From contig JBMORA010000046.1 in assembly GCA_049320885.1 (NCBI GenBank), positions 15,653 to 79,652 on the forward strand: a stretch of DNA of 64,000 nucleotides. The letters are read 5' to 3'. Position 1 is the stretch's first letter, and every line of letters starts with the position of its first letter. A program made the position numbers and the translations under genes. The notes under the pieces are model-generated. The model saw nothing but the letters and a program-made list of their open reading frames with translations, did not search any database and was not told where the DNA came from. This document shows positions 1 to 9,438 of the stretch, one piece after another. The DNA is from Thermodesulfobacteriota bacterium. Lineage in GTDB: Bacteria > Desulfobacterota > Desulfobacteria > Desulfobacterales > SURF-7.

Positions 1-1458
1 GATCAAATCCGCCGGCACCTTACAGATCTCCGCCGCTCGTTCCGGCGGATATTCCCGGACTTTTTCCTGCAGTTTTTCAACATCCTCGGTGAAGGATTTT
101 ACGAATTGCTTGTCAACCAGATTTTCCTCGATCAGGACGTGCATCACAGCGTTCAGGAAAGCGATATCGCTGCCCACGGCGATCTGGGCATGAATGTCCG
201 CGAACTCCGCGAGTTTGTGACGCCGCGGATCCACCAGGATCAATTTGGCGCCGGCTGCCACCGCATTCTTCAGGAAAGTCGCGGCCACCGGATGGGCTTC
301 GGTCATATTGGAGCCGATCACCATGAACATCTTGGCGCTGCTGAATTCGGCGAATGAATTGGTCATCGCACCTGAACCGAACGAGGCCGCCAGCCCGGCG
401 ACCGTCGGGGCATGTCAGGTGCGCGCGCAGTGATCGATATTGTTGGTGCCGATCACCGCGCGAAACAGTTTCTGCATTTGATAGGAGTCTTCATTGATGC
501 TGCGGGCGCAGCTGACGCCGGCAATGGCGTCCGGGCCATGCTGCTCCATGATACGCCGGAAGGTGCCAGCGACCAAATCGAGGGCTTCATCCCAGGAAGC
601 CTCCCGGAAGCCGTTCTTTTCCCGGATCAGGGGGGTCTTCAATCGTTCCCCGGAATAAATGAAATCGAATCCGTATCTCCCCTTGACACACAACCGGCCC
701 TGGTTCGGCTGGGCATCCTCCACGCCGGTGACCTGGACGATTTTACCGTTCTTGACATGCAGATGAAGCTGGCATCCGACTCCGCAATACGGGCAGGTCG
801 TGCGCGTCCTGGTGGTTTCCCAGGCCCGCCAGCGCAAACCGGATTTTTTTTCGAGCATGCCGCCGACGGGGCATATCTGCACGCATTCACCGCAGGAAAC
901 GCATTTATCCGGATCATAGGCGATCTGGGGGCCGCCATCCGGGCCCTTTGTGAGATCAAGGGCGCCAACACCCTGGATCTCCCGGCAGGCGCTGATGCAA
1001 CGCAGACAGAGCACGCAGCGTTCGGGAAAGTGTTCGAGAAAAGTCGTCCGGTAGGCCGAGGTGAATTGCCGCTTGGGCAACGGATAGTCGACACGGGTGA
1101 TACCGAATTCCACCGTCAGATCCTGCAGCGTGCAAACACCGGCCTTGTCGCAAACGGGGCAATCCAGCGGATGGTTAGCCAGAATCAACTGCAGCGAGGC
1201 CTTGCGCATGCGCGACAAGCGTTCCGACGAAGTGATCACCTGGATATCGTCCGCCACGGGGGTCGTGCAGGCGGTCACGGGATCGGGGTAGCCCGCCACC
1301 TCGACAACACACAAACCGCAGGACCCGATGGGCTTGAGTTTTTCATGATAGCAAAGGGTCGGAATTTTTATTCCCGCCAGTTTCGCCGCCTCCAGAATCG
1401 TGCTGCCCTTCCGGGCGCTGACCTCCATTCCGTCAATCGTCAGTCGAATCATTTCCAT
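1..1458 (-). CDS. fdhF: Selenocysteine-containing formate dehydrogenase alpha subunit with N-terminal Fe-S domains; 3' end runs off the window
   Basis: N-terminal 2Fe-2S and 4Fe-4S Cys motifs and TCPYCGVGC. The ORF 'stops' at NIDHCART-TGA (415-417), but the frame continues HAPTVAGLAASFGSGAMTN...EAHPV...LVDPR without a stop to position 1. Confidence 0.95.
385..414 (-). promoter_or_regulatory. Bacterial SECIS element
   Basis: Directly after UGA: CAUGCCCCGAC-GGUCGCC-GGGCU-GGCGGCC, a 7-bp stem with a G-rich apical loop, positioned as in fdhF SECIS elements. Confidence 0.85.
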
Positions 1459-1477
1459 AGGTACTCACTCCGGTTAA

Positions 1478-1501
1478 CGTTATATCAAAAATGGCATATC
1501 G
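1478..1501. promoter_or_regulatory. ModE-like Mo/W box 1
   Basis: CGTTATATC-N6-GGCATATCG resembles CGnTATATA-N6-TATATAnCG and lies just upstream of the FDH start. Confidence 0.6.
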
Positions 1502-1581
1502 GGAAATACGTTTAGTGAAGCCGACTGTATTTGTCAACCCCAAACCACGTGCCAAGGCACTCTTCCGACATGGAATTTTTT

Positions 1582-1605
1582 CGTTATGTCATTATTGACA
1601 TATCG
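1582..1605. promoter_or_regulatory. ModE-like Mo/W box 2, overlapping a TTGACA -35
   Basis: CGTTATGTC-N6-GACATATCG, nearly palindromic, with TTGACA at 1595-1600. Confidence 0.65.
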
Positions 1606-1664
1606 AAATCGCCATGTTACATGGCCGACCAGTCGCTATGAATTGGAACGGATGGACGGAACGT

Positions 1665-3365
1665 ATGCAGCCTAACGGGATTTCACGTCATTCTAACACC
1701 GCGCCGGACACTATCTGGTGCATCAGCCACAAGGGGGAAGCATATTCCTTCGACTCCTATATGGAACGGGTGCGGGAGTTTCATGGGCACGCAGCCCCCG
1801 GACTTGTCATTGGCGGGAAGATGGTTCATGAAGCTCTCCGAAGGCTCCCCCAAGGAGACGATATCCTGCTGGACGCCCTTTGCGAAACCGGCAACTGTCT
1901 TCCGGACGCGGTACAATTGCTGACCCCCTGCACCATCGGCAACGGCTGGCTGAAAATCACGAACCTGTTCCGCTTCGCCCTCACCATTTACGATAAGTCC
2001 ACGGGCGAAGGAATACGGGTCGCCGTGGATGCCCAAAAAGTGCGCGCTTGGGATGAAATCAACAGCTGGTTTTTTCATCTCAAACCCAAAAAGGATCAGG
2101 ACACCGGACGGCTGATGGAACAGATCCGGACGGCCGGCGCGGAAGTCCTGACCGTCCGGAGCGTGCGAATGTCCGGCCGGTACCTGGAAAAACCGCATCT
2201 GGGGAAACGGAGCATTTGTCCGGTCTGCCGGGAAGCCTACCCTGCCAAAAACGGGCCGGTTTGCCGGGCCTGTCAGGGTAATTCTCCTTATGTTCACGCG
2301 GAAACCGCTGCAAACAGCGAACCGGGCCCCGTTCTCCTAACAATCCCGGTGAATACCTGCGAGGGCAAGCCGGCCCTGCATGACATGACCCGGGTTGTTC
2401 CCGGGGAAAGCAAAGGACCGGCTTTTGTGAAAGGGCAACAACTGACCGCCGGAGATATTTGCCGGCTGCAACAAATGGGAAGGGAGCGGATTTATACCCT
2501 GGATGATCCACCGGATGAAAGCCGCTGGGTGCATGAAGATACCGCCGCGGAAAATTTCGCCAGGGCCATTGCCGGAGAAGGCGTCTCCTGTAACTTTCCT
2601 CCCCGGGAAGGGAAAATCGACTTCATCGCGGCAAGAGACGGCCTGCTGATGGTTGCAACCGAGCGTCTGGAGGCCTTCAACCTACTTGGAGAAGTGATGT
2701 GCGCCACCCGCAAGGGATACTCGCTGGTCGGCAGCGGCCGTAAATTGGGCGGCACCCGCGCCATTCCCCTGTATCTGCCCATGGAAATGTTTTCCCGGGC
2801 CATGGACCTCCTGAGTGCCGGCCCCCTGCTGGAGGTCCTGCCGCTGAGGAAAATGGCCGTCGGCATCCTGGTGACCGGAACGGAGATATTCCAGGGCCTG
2901 GTGCCGGACGCTTTCATTCCCGTCATTACGTCCAAAGTCACCCGGATGGGATGCCATGTCATCAGGTCGATCATCGTTCCGGACGAACGCGACGCCATTT
3001 CCCGCGGGCTCCGCGGTCTGCTGGCCAGCGGCGCGGAATTGATCGTCACCACGGCCGGACTGTCGGTGGATCCGGACGATGTCACCCGTCAGGGGCTTCA
3101 GGACGCGGGCGCCGAGGAGATGCTGTACGGCGCCCCGATTCTGCCCGGCGCCATGACCCTGATCACCCGGATCGGCCGGGTGCCGGTGATCGGCGTGCCG
3201 GCTTGCGGTCTGTATCATCCGACAACCAGTTTCGACCTGTTGCTGCCCAGACTCCTGGCCGGCATCCGGATAACCCGCAGAGACCTGGCCCGATTGGGCC
3301 ATGGCGCTTTCTGCTGGGAATGCAAAACCTGCCGATACCCCAAGTGTTCATTTGGCAATGCATAA
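1665..3365 (+). CDS. FmdE-family domain, Zn finger and MoeA-like molybdopterin-binding domain fusion
   Basis: FHGHAAPGLVIG and CLPDAVQLLTPCTIGNG (FmdE); CPVC..CRAC; ILVTGTEI, TTAGLSVDPDDVT and GAPILPG (MoeA-like C-terminus). Start codon uncertain. Confidence 0.85.
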   Translation: MQPNGISRHSNTAPDTIWCISHKGEAYSFDSYMERVREFHGHAAPGLVIGGKMVHEALRRLPQGDDILLDALCETGNCLPDAVQLLTPCTIGNGWLKITNLFRFALTIYDKSTGEGIRVAVDAQKVRAWDEINSWFFHLKPKKDQDTGRLMEQIRTAGAEVLTVRSVRMSGRYLEKPHLGKRSICPVCREAYPAKNGPVCRACQGNSPYVHAETAANSEPGPVLLTIPVNTCEGKPALHDMTRVVPGESKGPAFVKGQQLTAGDICRLQQMGRERIYTLDDPPDESRWVHEDTAAENFARAIAGEGVSCNFPPREGKIDFIAARDGLLMVATERLEAFNLLGEVMCATRKGYSLVGSGRKLGGTRAIPLYLPMEMFSRAMDLLSAGPLLEVLPLRKMAVGILVTGTEIFQGLVPDAFIPVITSKVTRMGCHVIRSIIVPDERDAISRGLRGLLASGAELIVTTAGLSVDPDDVTRQGLQDAGAEEMLYGAPILPGAMTLITRIGRVPVIGVPACGLYHPTTSFDLLLPRLLAGIRITRRDLARLGHGAFCWECKTCRYPKCSFGNA

Positions 3366-3381
3366 CAAGGAGAAATGCATC

Positions 3382-4839
3382 ATGCAAAACAGCGCGACCG
3401 TGACATCCATTTTCCCAAGTGAAGCGCCCCATTCCCGCGAAGGCAATCTGGATCGCATATTCGAAACCCAGCGGGCCGCCTTCCGCCGCAATCCCATGCC
3501 CGGCGCCGCCGAACGCATCCGCCATTTGCAGGCATTGAAACAGGCGCTGATCAAAAACCAGGAAAAACTCATCGCCGCCGTCAACGATGATTTCAGCTGC
3601 CGCTCCCGGGACGAAACTCTCCTCGCGGAAATCTTCCCCAGCGTGGAAGGCATCCGCTACGCCGCCAAACGGGTGAAGAAATGGATGAAACCGGCCCGCC
3701 GCATGCCCGGCATGCTGTTTCTGCCGGCCAAGGCCAGAATCATCTACCAACCCCTGGGCGTGGTGGGAATCATCACGCCCTGGAACTATCCCCTGTATCT
3801 CGCCATCGGTCCGTTGACCGGCGCGCTTGCCGCCGGCAACCGGGTCATCATCAAGATGAGCCGCAATACTCCACAGACGGGCCAGGCCCTGAAAACCATT
3901 ATTCATGAAACCTTTGAGGAAGATCATGTGGCCGTCATCACCGGCGAGGACGGACTGGGGTCGGCTTTTTCCCGCAAGCCCTGGGATCATCTGGTTTTCA
4001 CCGGCTCAACGGCGGTGGGACGGCACGTCATGAAAGCGGCGGCCGACAACCTGACGCCGGTGTTGCTGGAACTGGGCGGCAAATCTCCGGCCATCATCAG
4101 CAATGACGTTCCCATGCAGGATGCCGCGGAACGCATCGCCTTCGGCAAACAGTTCAATGTGGGGCAGACCTGCGTGGCGCCGGATTACGTCCTCTGCCCG
4201 AAAAGCCGGGTGGATGAATTCGTGGCGACCTTCAAGGACAGTGTCTCCCGGATGTACCCGACCATGGACGGCAACCCCCAGTACACCAGCATCATCAACG
4301 AACAGGAACGGGAACGTCTTCAATCGCTGGTGGATGACGCCCGCGCCAAGGGCGCCCGGGTGATTCCCGTTAATCCGGCCGGCGAGTCTTTTTCCAGGGG
4401 CCGCAAAATGCCCATCCATCTTCTCCTGGATGTAACCGAGGACATGCAGGTGATGAAGGACGAAATCTTCGGGCCGGTTCTGCCGGTGATCCCCTATGAC
4501 ACCCTGAAGGATGCCGTGATGTACGTGAACCTGCGTCCCAGGCCGCTGGCCCTCTATTTCTTCGACTATCAGCAGGAAAACATCGACTACGTGCTCTATA
4601 ATACCCATTCCGGCGGTGCCTTGATCAACGACACCCTGGTTCACGTGGCCCAGGACGATCTGCCCTTCGGCGGCGTCGGCGAGTCCGGCATGGGGCAGTA
4701 CCACAGCCGGGAAGGCTTTCTGGCGCTCTCCAATGCCAAGGGGGTGCTGTTCAAACCCCGGTTCAACAGCGGCAAACTGATCTATCCGCCTTACGGGAAA
4801 CTCATTCACCGGCTGATCTACGGTCTCTTTCTGCGCTAG
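3382..4839 (+). CDS. Aldehyde dehydrogenase (coniferyl-aldehyde/fatty-aldehyde type)
   Basis: PWNYP, FTGST, LELGGKSP, GQTCVAPDY and EIFGP motifs; AGGAG RBS. Confidence 0.93.
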   Translation: MQNSATVTSIFPSEAPHSREGNLDRIFETQRAAFRRNPMPGAAERIRHLQALKQALIKNQEKLIAAVNDDFSCRSRDETLLAEIFPSVEGIRYAAKRVKKWMKPARRMPGMLFLPAKARIIYQPLGVVGIITPWNYPLYLAIGPLTGALAAGNRVIIKMSRNTPQTGQALKTIIHETFEEDHVAVITGEDGLGSAFSRKPWDHLVFTGSTAVGRHVMKAAADNLTPVLLELGGKSPAIISNDVPMQDAAERIAFGKQFNVGQTCVAPDYVLCPKSRVDEFVATFKDSVSRMYPTMDGNPQYTSIINEQERERLQSLVDDARAKGARVIPVNPAGESFSRGRKMPIHLLLDVTEDMQVMKDEIFGPVLPVIPYDTLKDAVMYVNLRPRPLALYFFDYQQENIDYVLYNTHSGGALINDTLVHVAQDDLPFGGVGESGMGQYHSREGFLALSNAKGVLFKPRFNSGKLIYPPYGKLIHRLIYGLFLR

Positions 4840-4853
4840 GGGGAATCGGCTCC

Positions 4854-5618
4854 ATGTCCACTTGGATTACCGCCGGTATCGGGAATACAAAGGGCCGGGG
4901 AAAAGCAACCGGAGACGGGTTCCCCGGCCAGCCGGAAAGCACCCTCTCCGGGATCAACCGGGAGCTTGACCGGGCCGTCAGCCCCTTCGCCTTGAACGAA
5001 GCCATGGTCGAGGACTGGCTGGATCGGATCGATGCCTGGATCGATCCCGCCACCCCCGCCTACTGGCTGATGCTCGCCAGACTCCACGAGGCGGCCTTGT
5101 TGACCGCCGGTAATTACGCGGACAACGGTGAATTTCCCGCCGCCGGGGATCTGCTGTTCAATCCGCGCCGGATCATGGCGTATTTCAAAAACAGTCCCCA
5201 ACCGGTGGCAAAAAACCGCCGTGGCGCGATTTCCGCGCAGTTCAATTCTTCCGGCGCGCCCCGTAGCGACTTCATCGCCTGGTTCAGGCAACATGCCATC
5301 CTGCGGGAAACCCACCCGCCCCTATTGCCGTTCCTCCATGGAAAAATTTCAGAATCCGGAAAAATCCGAACGGAATATCTGGACAGCGGCTATGCCCGGA
5401 TGCAAAAAATCGCCGCCACCATCTCCTTTCTGGGAGCCTGGGGGGTTTCCCGCTTCGAAACCCTGGTGGAACGCCGTCAAACCTGCGACCGGGAGACCCG
5501 GCGTTTTGCCGAATCCCAGCTGTGCCGCTTCGATACCGGGGACTATTTCCGCATGGGCGAGGAAATCCGACAAATAGAAGAAAATCGAACGATTTGCAGC
5601 CGATTTTTGGCGGCTTGA
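4854..5618 (+). CDS. Hypothetical protein, probably co-transcribed with the aldehyde dehydrogenase
   Basis: 254-aa ORF 14 bp after the ALDH stop, with protein-like composition. Confidence 0.7.
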   Translation: MSTWITAGIGNTKGRGKATGDGFPGQPESTLSGINRELDRAVSPFALNEAMVEDWLDRIDAWIDPATPAYWLMLARLHEAALLTAGNYADNGEFPAAGDLLFNPRRIMAYFKNSPQPVAKNRRGAISAQFNSSGAPRSDFIAWFRQHAILRETHPPLLPFLHGKISESGKIRTEYLDSGYARMQKIAATISFLGAWGVSRFETLVERRQTCDRETRRFAESQLCRFDTGDYFRMGEEIRQIEENRTICSRFLAA

Positions 5619-5696
5619 CATCAGCCGTGAAAACCGTGGGGCCGCGTTGGAAAGGCTGCCCAGCAGACCCGCTCCTGCCCATGGGGCCGGGAGACG

Positions 5697-6752
5697 TCAG
5701 TTCCTGCCGTAGAACCGCGGTCTTTCAAACCGGAAAAATGCATCTTTTTCCTCGAGGGCGATGGTTCCCGCCTCGTCCTGGAAATACTTCTCCCGCAGCG
5801 CCTTCAACTGCTCTTCCTGGTCCGGCCCCTGGTATTCCGCGACGATCTGCCGGCGCTCCTCCATGTATTTCAATCCCACATCCCATCGCTGGTTGCGGTC
5901 CGCGTCCCGTTTTTCCATTTCCTCGATTTGATTTTCCGTAAATCCCATCTCCCGGCGGATTCTGTTGATGGCCATCTGGCGCTGATCCGGATCCATCTGC
6001 TTGAGTTCATCCTGGACGGAATCGATGCTGAAGAACACCTTGGCCAGGATCGGTTTCTGGGAAAGAAGATATTCCTCCGGCGAGTTTTCGTAGGTTTCTT
6101 TCAGGGTATCCTGGTAGACTTGGAGTTTTTCTTCCATGGAGGTATCCCGGGATTCATTCAGAAAAGCAAGGGCGTCCTGCACTTTTTCCTTTCTCGTTTC
6201 CGTGGCCAGCATTTCGTCCGACCATATTTCCTCCGCATCGTCGCCGAACAGTTCCCGTCTCTTTTCCCATAAGACGGCCATTTTTTCCGCCTCGGTCATT
6301 TGGTCAAGCCGGGCCTGGTTCGCGGCAAGCCAGCGGTTATACCCGTCGAGTTTGTCCAGGGTGGCGATGATGTCATCGGCCTGGTTCGGAAAGGCCCGCT
6401 TCAGCAGATTGTTGAAAAACGCCTTTCCGTCCGGCCGTGAACCCATGATGGAATTGCGGATATCGTATAGGCTCGCCTGGGTGCTTTTTTTCGCTATCGA
6501 ACCGCCGTAATATTTCCTCAGTTCCCTGACAAACTGATCTTCGATGGGCGTTGCCGCCGGATCGACCGTATCCGTAACGGAATCCTGAGCCACCTCCGGA
6601 GTCTTGGCGACCGGTTCCCCGGCAGGGGAAGTGACGCCGGGAGTCCACGTTTTTTCAGGGTCCCTGATCATGAATATACCGCCTATACCGATGAACAGCA
6701 CCAGAGCGATAATGCCGATGGAGATCAAGACAGGTTTCATGTTGTTATCCAT
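5697..6752 (-). CDS. Lipase-chaperone (Lif/foldase)-like membrane-anchored helical protein
   Basis: N-terminal TM anchor, Pro/Thr linker and helical body with RRELFGDDAEEIW and W...Y..ERRQI...LREKYF, which resemble lipase foldases. Confidence 0.6.
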   Translation of the reverse strand: MDNNMKPVLISIGIIALVLFIGIGGIFMIRDPEKTWTPGVTSPAGEPVAKTPEVAQDSVTDTVDPAATPIEDQFVRELRKYYGGSIAKKSTQASLYDIRNSIMGSRPDGKAFFNNLLKRAFPNQADDIIATLDKLDGYNRWLAANQARLDQMTEAEKMAVLWEKRRELFGDDAEEIWSDEMLATETRKEKVQDALAFLNESRDTSMEEKLQVYQDTLKETYENSPEEYLLSQKPILAKVFFSIDSVQDELKQMDPDQRQMAINRIRREMGFTENQIEEMEKRDADRNQRWDVGLKYMEERRQIVAEYQGPDQEEQLKALREKYFQDEAGTIALEEKDAFFRFERPRFYGRN

Positions 6753-6827
6753 TCCCAAGGCCGCACTTCATTATGGAGCATTCGCTGCTTCCCATATTGT
6801 ATCGCGCTCCACCCGAAATGAAAGCAT

Positions 6828-6877
6828 AAAAAAGGGTCATCGGGGAATTTTTTCACACCGCCCCGTGACCCTCTTTT
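6828..6877. terminator. Intrinsic terminator-like hairpin between the GDSL hydrolase and chaperone genes
   Basis: AGGGTCA-T-CGGGG pairs with CCCCG-TGACCCT; flanked by an A-run and a T-rich run. Confidence 0.55.
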
Positions 6878-6966
6878 GTTTCAATCGGTTCGACGATACC
6901 TCCGGTTCTTTTTCTCAAAACCGGCCGGCGGTGTCCCGACCGCCGGTAAAACCATCATTACCGCCC

Positions 6967-7707
6967 TTACAGTTTCGGCTGGAGCTTGGCCCAGACCAGG
7001 CTGGCCAGCTTATACGAGCCTGAATTGGTGGGGTGAATCCCGTCAATGATAATGTCGGAATTCGTGAAAACAGGCCGCGGATCGATGAACACGCGATAAT
7101 TGGGCGCTGCCGTGGCGTTGGCGACAGCCTGGGCCAGCTTGGTGTCGCCGTAGTCCACCGCCTGGTTCAGCGAGGTGCTGCCGATGAGGCCGTTTTTCAC
7201 GCGATAGTATCCCTGGAAAATAATATTCTGCACGCCTTCGCGTCCCATCTGGTTCAGGAGATCCACGGTATCGACATAAACGTCATTGATCAACGATTTG
7301 CAGGAAGACGAGAGACCGCTTTCCCACCAATCCACCTTGCAGTTATAGGGATCGAATGCCGTGGCCGGAATCAGAATGTCATTGCCGCCGCCGTCCATGA
7401 AAATGGTCCTGATAGTGGGATTGTCGCTCTTGGCGGTGGCATATTGACTGCCCACATCGGGCGCCAGAATGCCGCCTTCGATTTCAGCCCCGGAAGTGGC
7501 ATATCGCCGGAAGGTCTGGCCAGCCCAGCTGTGCAGATAATTGCTTTCCTCGCCGGACAAGGCGAATATGGAATCCCCTAAATTCACCACATCGTTGCGG
7601 GTCGCGTTCCGGATCCAGGGCACGCTCGCCATGAATCCGCAGGCGGAGATCAATACACTTAACACCAGCACGCCGATACATAAAGATTTACCCGATACGC
7701 CTCTCAT
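6967..7707 (-). CDS. Secreted or lipoprotein SGNH/GDSL hydrolase
   Basis: LGDSI, GGGND and DGIHP blocks; signal peptide ending LISAC. Confidence 0.9.
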   Translation of the reverse strand: MRGVSGKSLCIGVLVLSVLISACGFMASVPWIRNATRNDVVNLGDSIFALSGEESNYLHSWAGQTFRRYATSGAEIEGGILAPDVGSQYATAKSDNPTIRTIFMDGGGNDILIPATAFDPYNCKVDWWESGLSSSCKSLINDVYVDTVDLLNQMGREGVQNIIFQGYYRVKNGLIGSTSLNQAVDYGDTKLAQAVANATAAPNYRVFIDPRPVFTNSDIIIDGIHPTNSGSYKLASLVWAKLQPKL

Positions 7708-7914
7708 TTGCTGCCCTCCCCTTTCGTTTGCATGCCATTGGTTGATGGATGAAAAACCCGATTCCGGCGGTCGCCGGAATGACCGAACCCGGAAAATTCC
7801 TATTTTTTCGAGATGGTCACACTTGTTTTTTTAAAAAAACTTTGTTCGGAAGACAATACAGGTTTTTCCAGGGTAAAATACGGGGGAAAAACCCGTATTG
7901 TCCATGGCGGTCCA

Positions 7915-7930
7915 TGGCATGTTTTATGCT
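7915..7930 (+). promoter_or_regulatory. Sigma54 (-24/-12) promoter
   Basis: TGGCAT-GTTTT-ATGCT with GG-N10-GC spacing, upstream of the ORF at 8083. Confidence 0.7.
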
Positions 7931-8082
7931 TTTAGAATTCCGGAGCACCAGGGAACGGGGGCACCGGATTCAGAAGTCACGGACAACTGCCGATGAAATG
8001 GATGGACGCAGCCTAAACCCGTCCCGATTTAGGAGGGGGAACTGGAAGGCTCTGGTACAACCTCTTGGGAGTAAGGAGGCAT

Positions 8083-8634
8083 ATGGGCCAATTGCTTCAG
8101 TTTTCGGACTATCGGGAGGAAAGAAGATCCAAGAACGGCACCCCGGATTTGGCCACCCTGCTGCGGCAGGCGGTGATGCTCCGGAAAAACCGGGATGAGA
8201 ACCGCCACGGAATCCAGATCACCGGTTTCCACAAACTGAAATCCTTGTTCGAGGCCGGGATCGCCGACATCCTGATCCGCCGCCGGTATGTGGGCTCGGA
8301 TTTTTTCCTGTGCGGCAATTACATATCCACCCTGCTCAGCGATATCGTCCACGACATCCCCAGAAGCTGGTTCGTCATCGATTTCATCCTGGAAAGCGTT
8401 GAAAGCGGCGATCCGCTGCGGATAAAGGAAGGCGCCAATGTCTGTTTTCTGATCTGCTCGGTTTTCCGGGAACGGAGCGAACTGCGGGCCATGCGCTATG
8501 AAGATTATGAAAAAATGGGCATGGGTCTGTTTCACCAGTATTATGACCGGACCGGGGCGGAGATCGGGTACCACATGAGCCGGCAGTATCGCATCATGGT
8601 GACCGTCACGGACGAATGCATACGGACAATTTGA
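8083..8634 (+). CDS. Hypothetical protein
   Basis: AAGGAGG RBS before ATG 8083; about 183 aa. Confidence 0.75.
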   Translation: MGQLLQFSDYREERRSKNGTPDLATLLRQAVMLRKNRDENRHGIQITGFHKLKSLFEAGIADILIRRRYVGSDFFLCGNYISTLLSDIVHDIPRSWFVIDFILESVESGDPLRIKEGANVCFLICSVFRERSELRAMRYEDYEKMGMGLFHQYYDRTGAEIGYHMSRQYRIMVTVTDECIRTI

Positions 8635-8642
8635 AGGCGCCG

Positions 8643-9410
8643 CTACTCCTTGGATCTATCGGCCCAATAGCCCGTCAGCCATTTGGGGGAATCGGTCATC
8701 AGCACATCGGCGCCGCAGCCCAGGGCATGCTCCGTTTGGGAGGGGTTGTTGCAGGAATAGGTCATCACCCGGCAGCCGCGATCATGGGCGAACGCGCTGA
8801 ATCCGGGGGTCAACACCCCGACGAAAGCGCAAACACCGTATAGATATTCGGGGAATTCCGTGGACAGGCTCCCGCCTTCCGGGGGATCTTCCAGGTTGAG
8901 CACATATCGGTGGCGCGGCGCCCGCCTGGCGCAATAATCCAGCAATTCGCGGTCAAAGGAAAGAATGGCGTGCCGTTCCAGATGAACGGCGGGGACACAT
9001 GCTTCCATCAGCCGCAATACATGATCGGCCAAGCGCCGAAAACGGTCGTTTTCGCGGTCCCCGGGATAGGATTTGATTTCGATCATCAATTGTTGTCGGG
9101 TCCCATGGTCCCTCAGCATATCCTCCAGGGTCAGAAGCGGCTCCCCCCTGAACCCCGGTCCGAACCAGCCGCCCCAATCCATGCGGCCCAGGTCCTCCAT
9201 ATCATAATCACCCAGCGGTCTGGATTCACCGTTGATGCGGCGCATGGTCGCGTCATGGAAAATCACCGGCACCCCGTCCCGGGACAACTGCACGTCGAAT
9301 TCAAATCCATGCACCGGATACCGGCAAGCGGCCTCAAAAGCGGCACGGGTGTTTTCCGGAGCTTCATCCATGGCACCCCGGTGGGCGATGAGAATCGGGC
9401 TGGGCTTCAT
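8643..9410 (-). CDS. Glycerophosphodiester phosphodiesterase
   Basis: IAHRGA..APENT, EFDVQLSRDG, FHD, IEIK and MTDSP motifs. Confidence 0.92.
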   Translation of the reverse strand: MKPSPILIAHRGAMDEAPENTRAAFEAACRYPVHGFEFDVQLSRDGVPVIFHDATMRRINGESRPLGDYDMEDLGRMDWGGWFGPGFRGEPLLTLEDMLRDHGTRQQLMIEIKSYPGDRENDRFRRLADHVLRLMEACVPAVHLERHAILSFDRELLDYCARRAPRHRYVLNLEDPPEGGSLSTEFPEYLYGVCAFVGVLTPGFSAFAHDRGCRVMTYSCNNPSQTEHALGCGADVLMTDSPKWLTGYWADRSKE

Positions 9411-9438
9411 TGCGGTGCGCTCCCGGATGCCATCGGTT

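Noticed and set aside
415..417. FDH as a truncated pseudogene
   Set aside because: The UGA is at the Sec ligand position, with a SECIS and an open downstream frame.
7981..8035. c-di-GMP-I riboswitch (GAAA..GGACGCA..CCTAAA resemblance)
   Set aside because: The GCAAA and P2/P3 pairing cannot be built; a GGA-rich leader explains it better.
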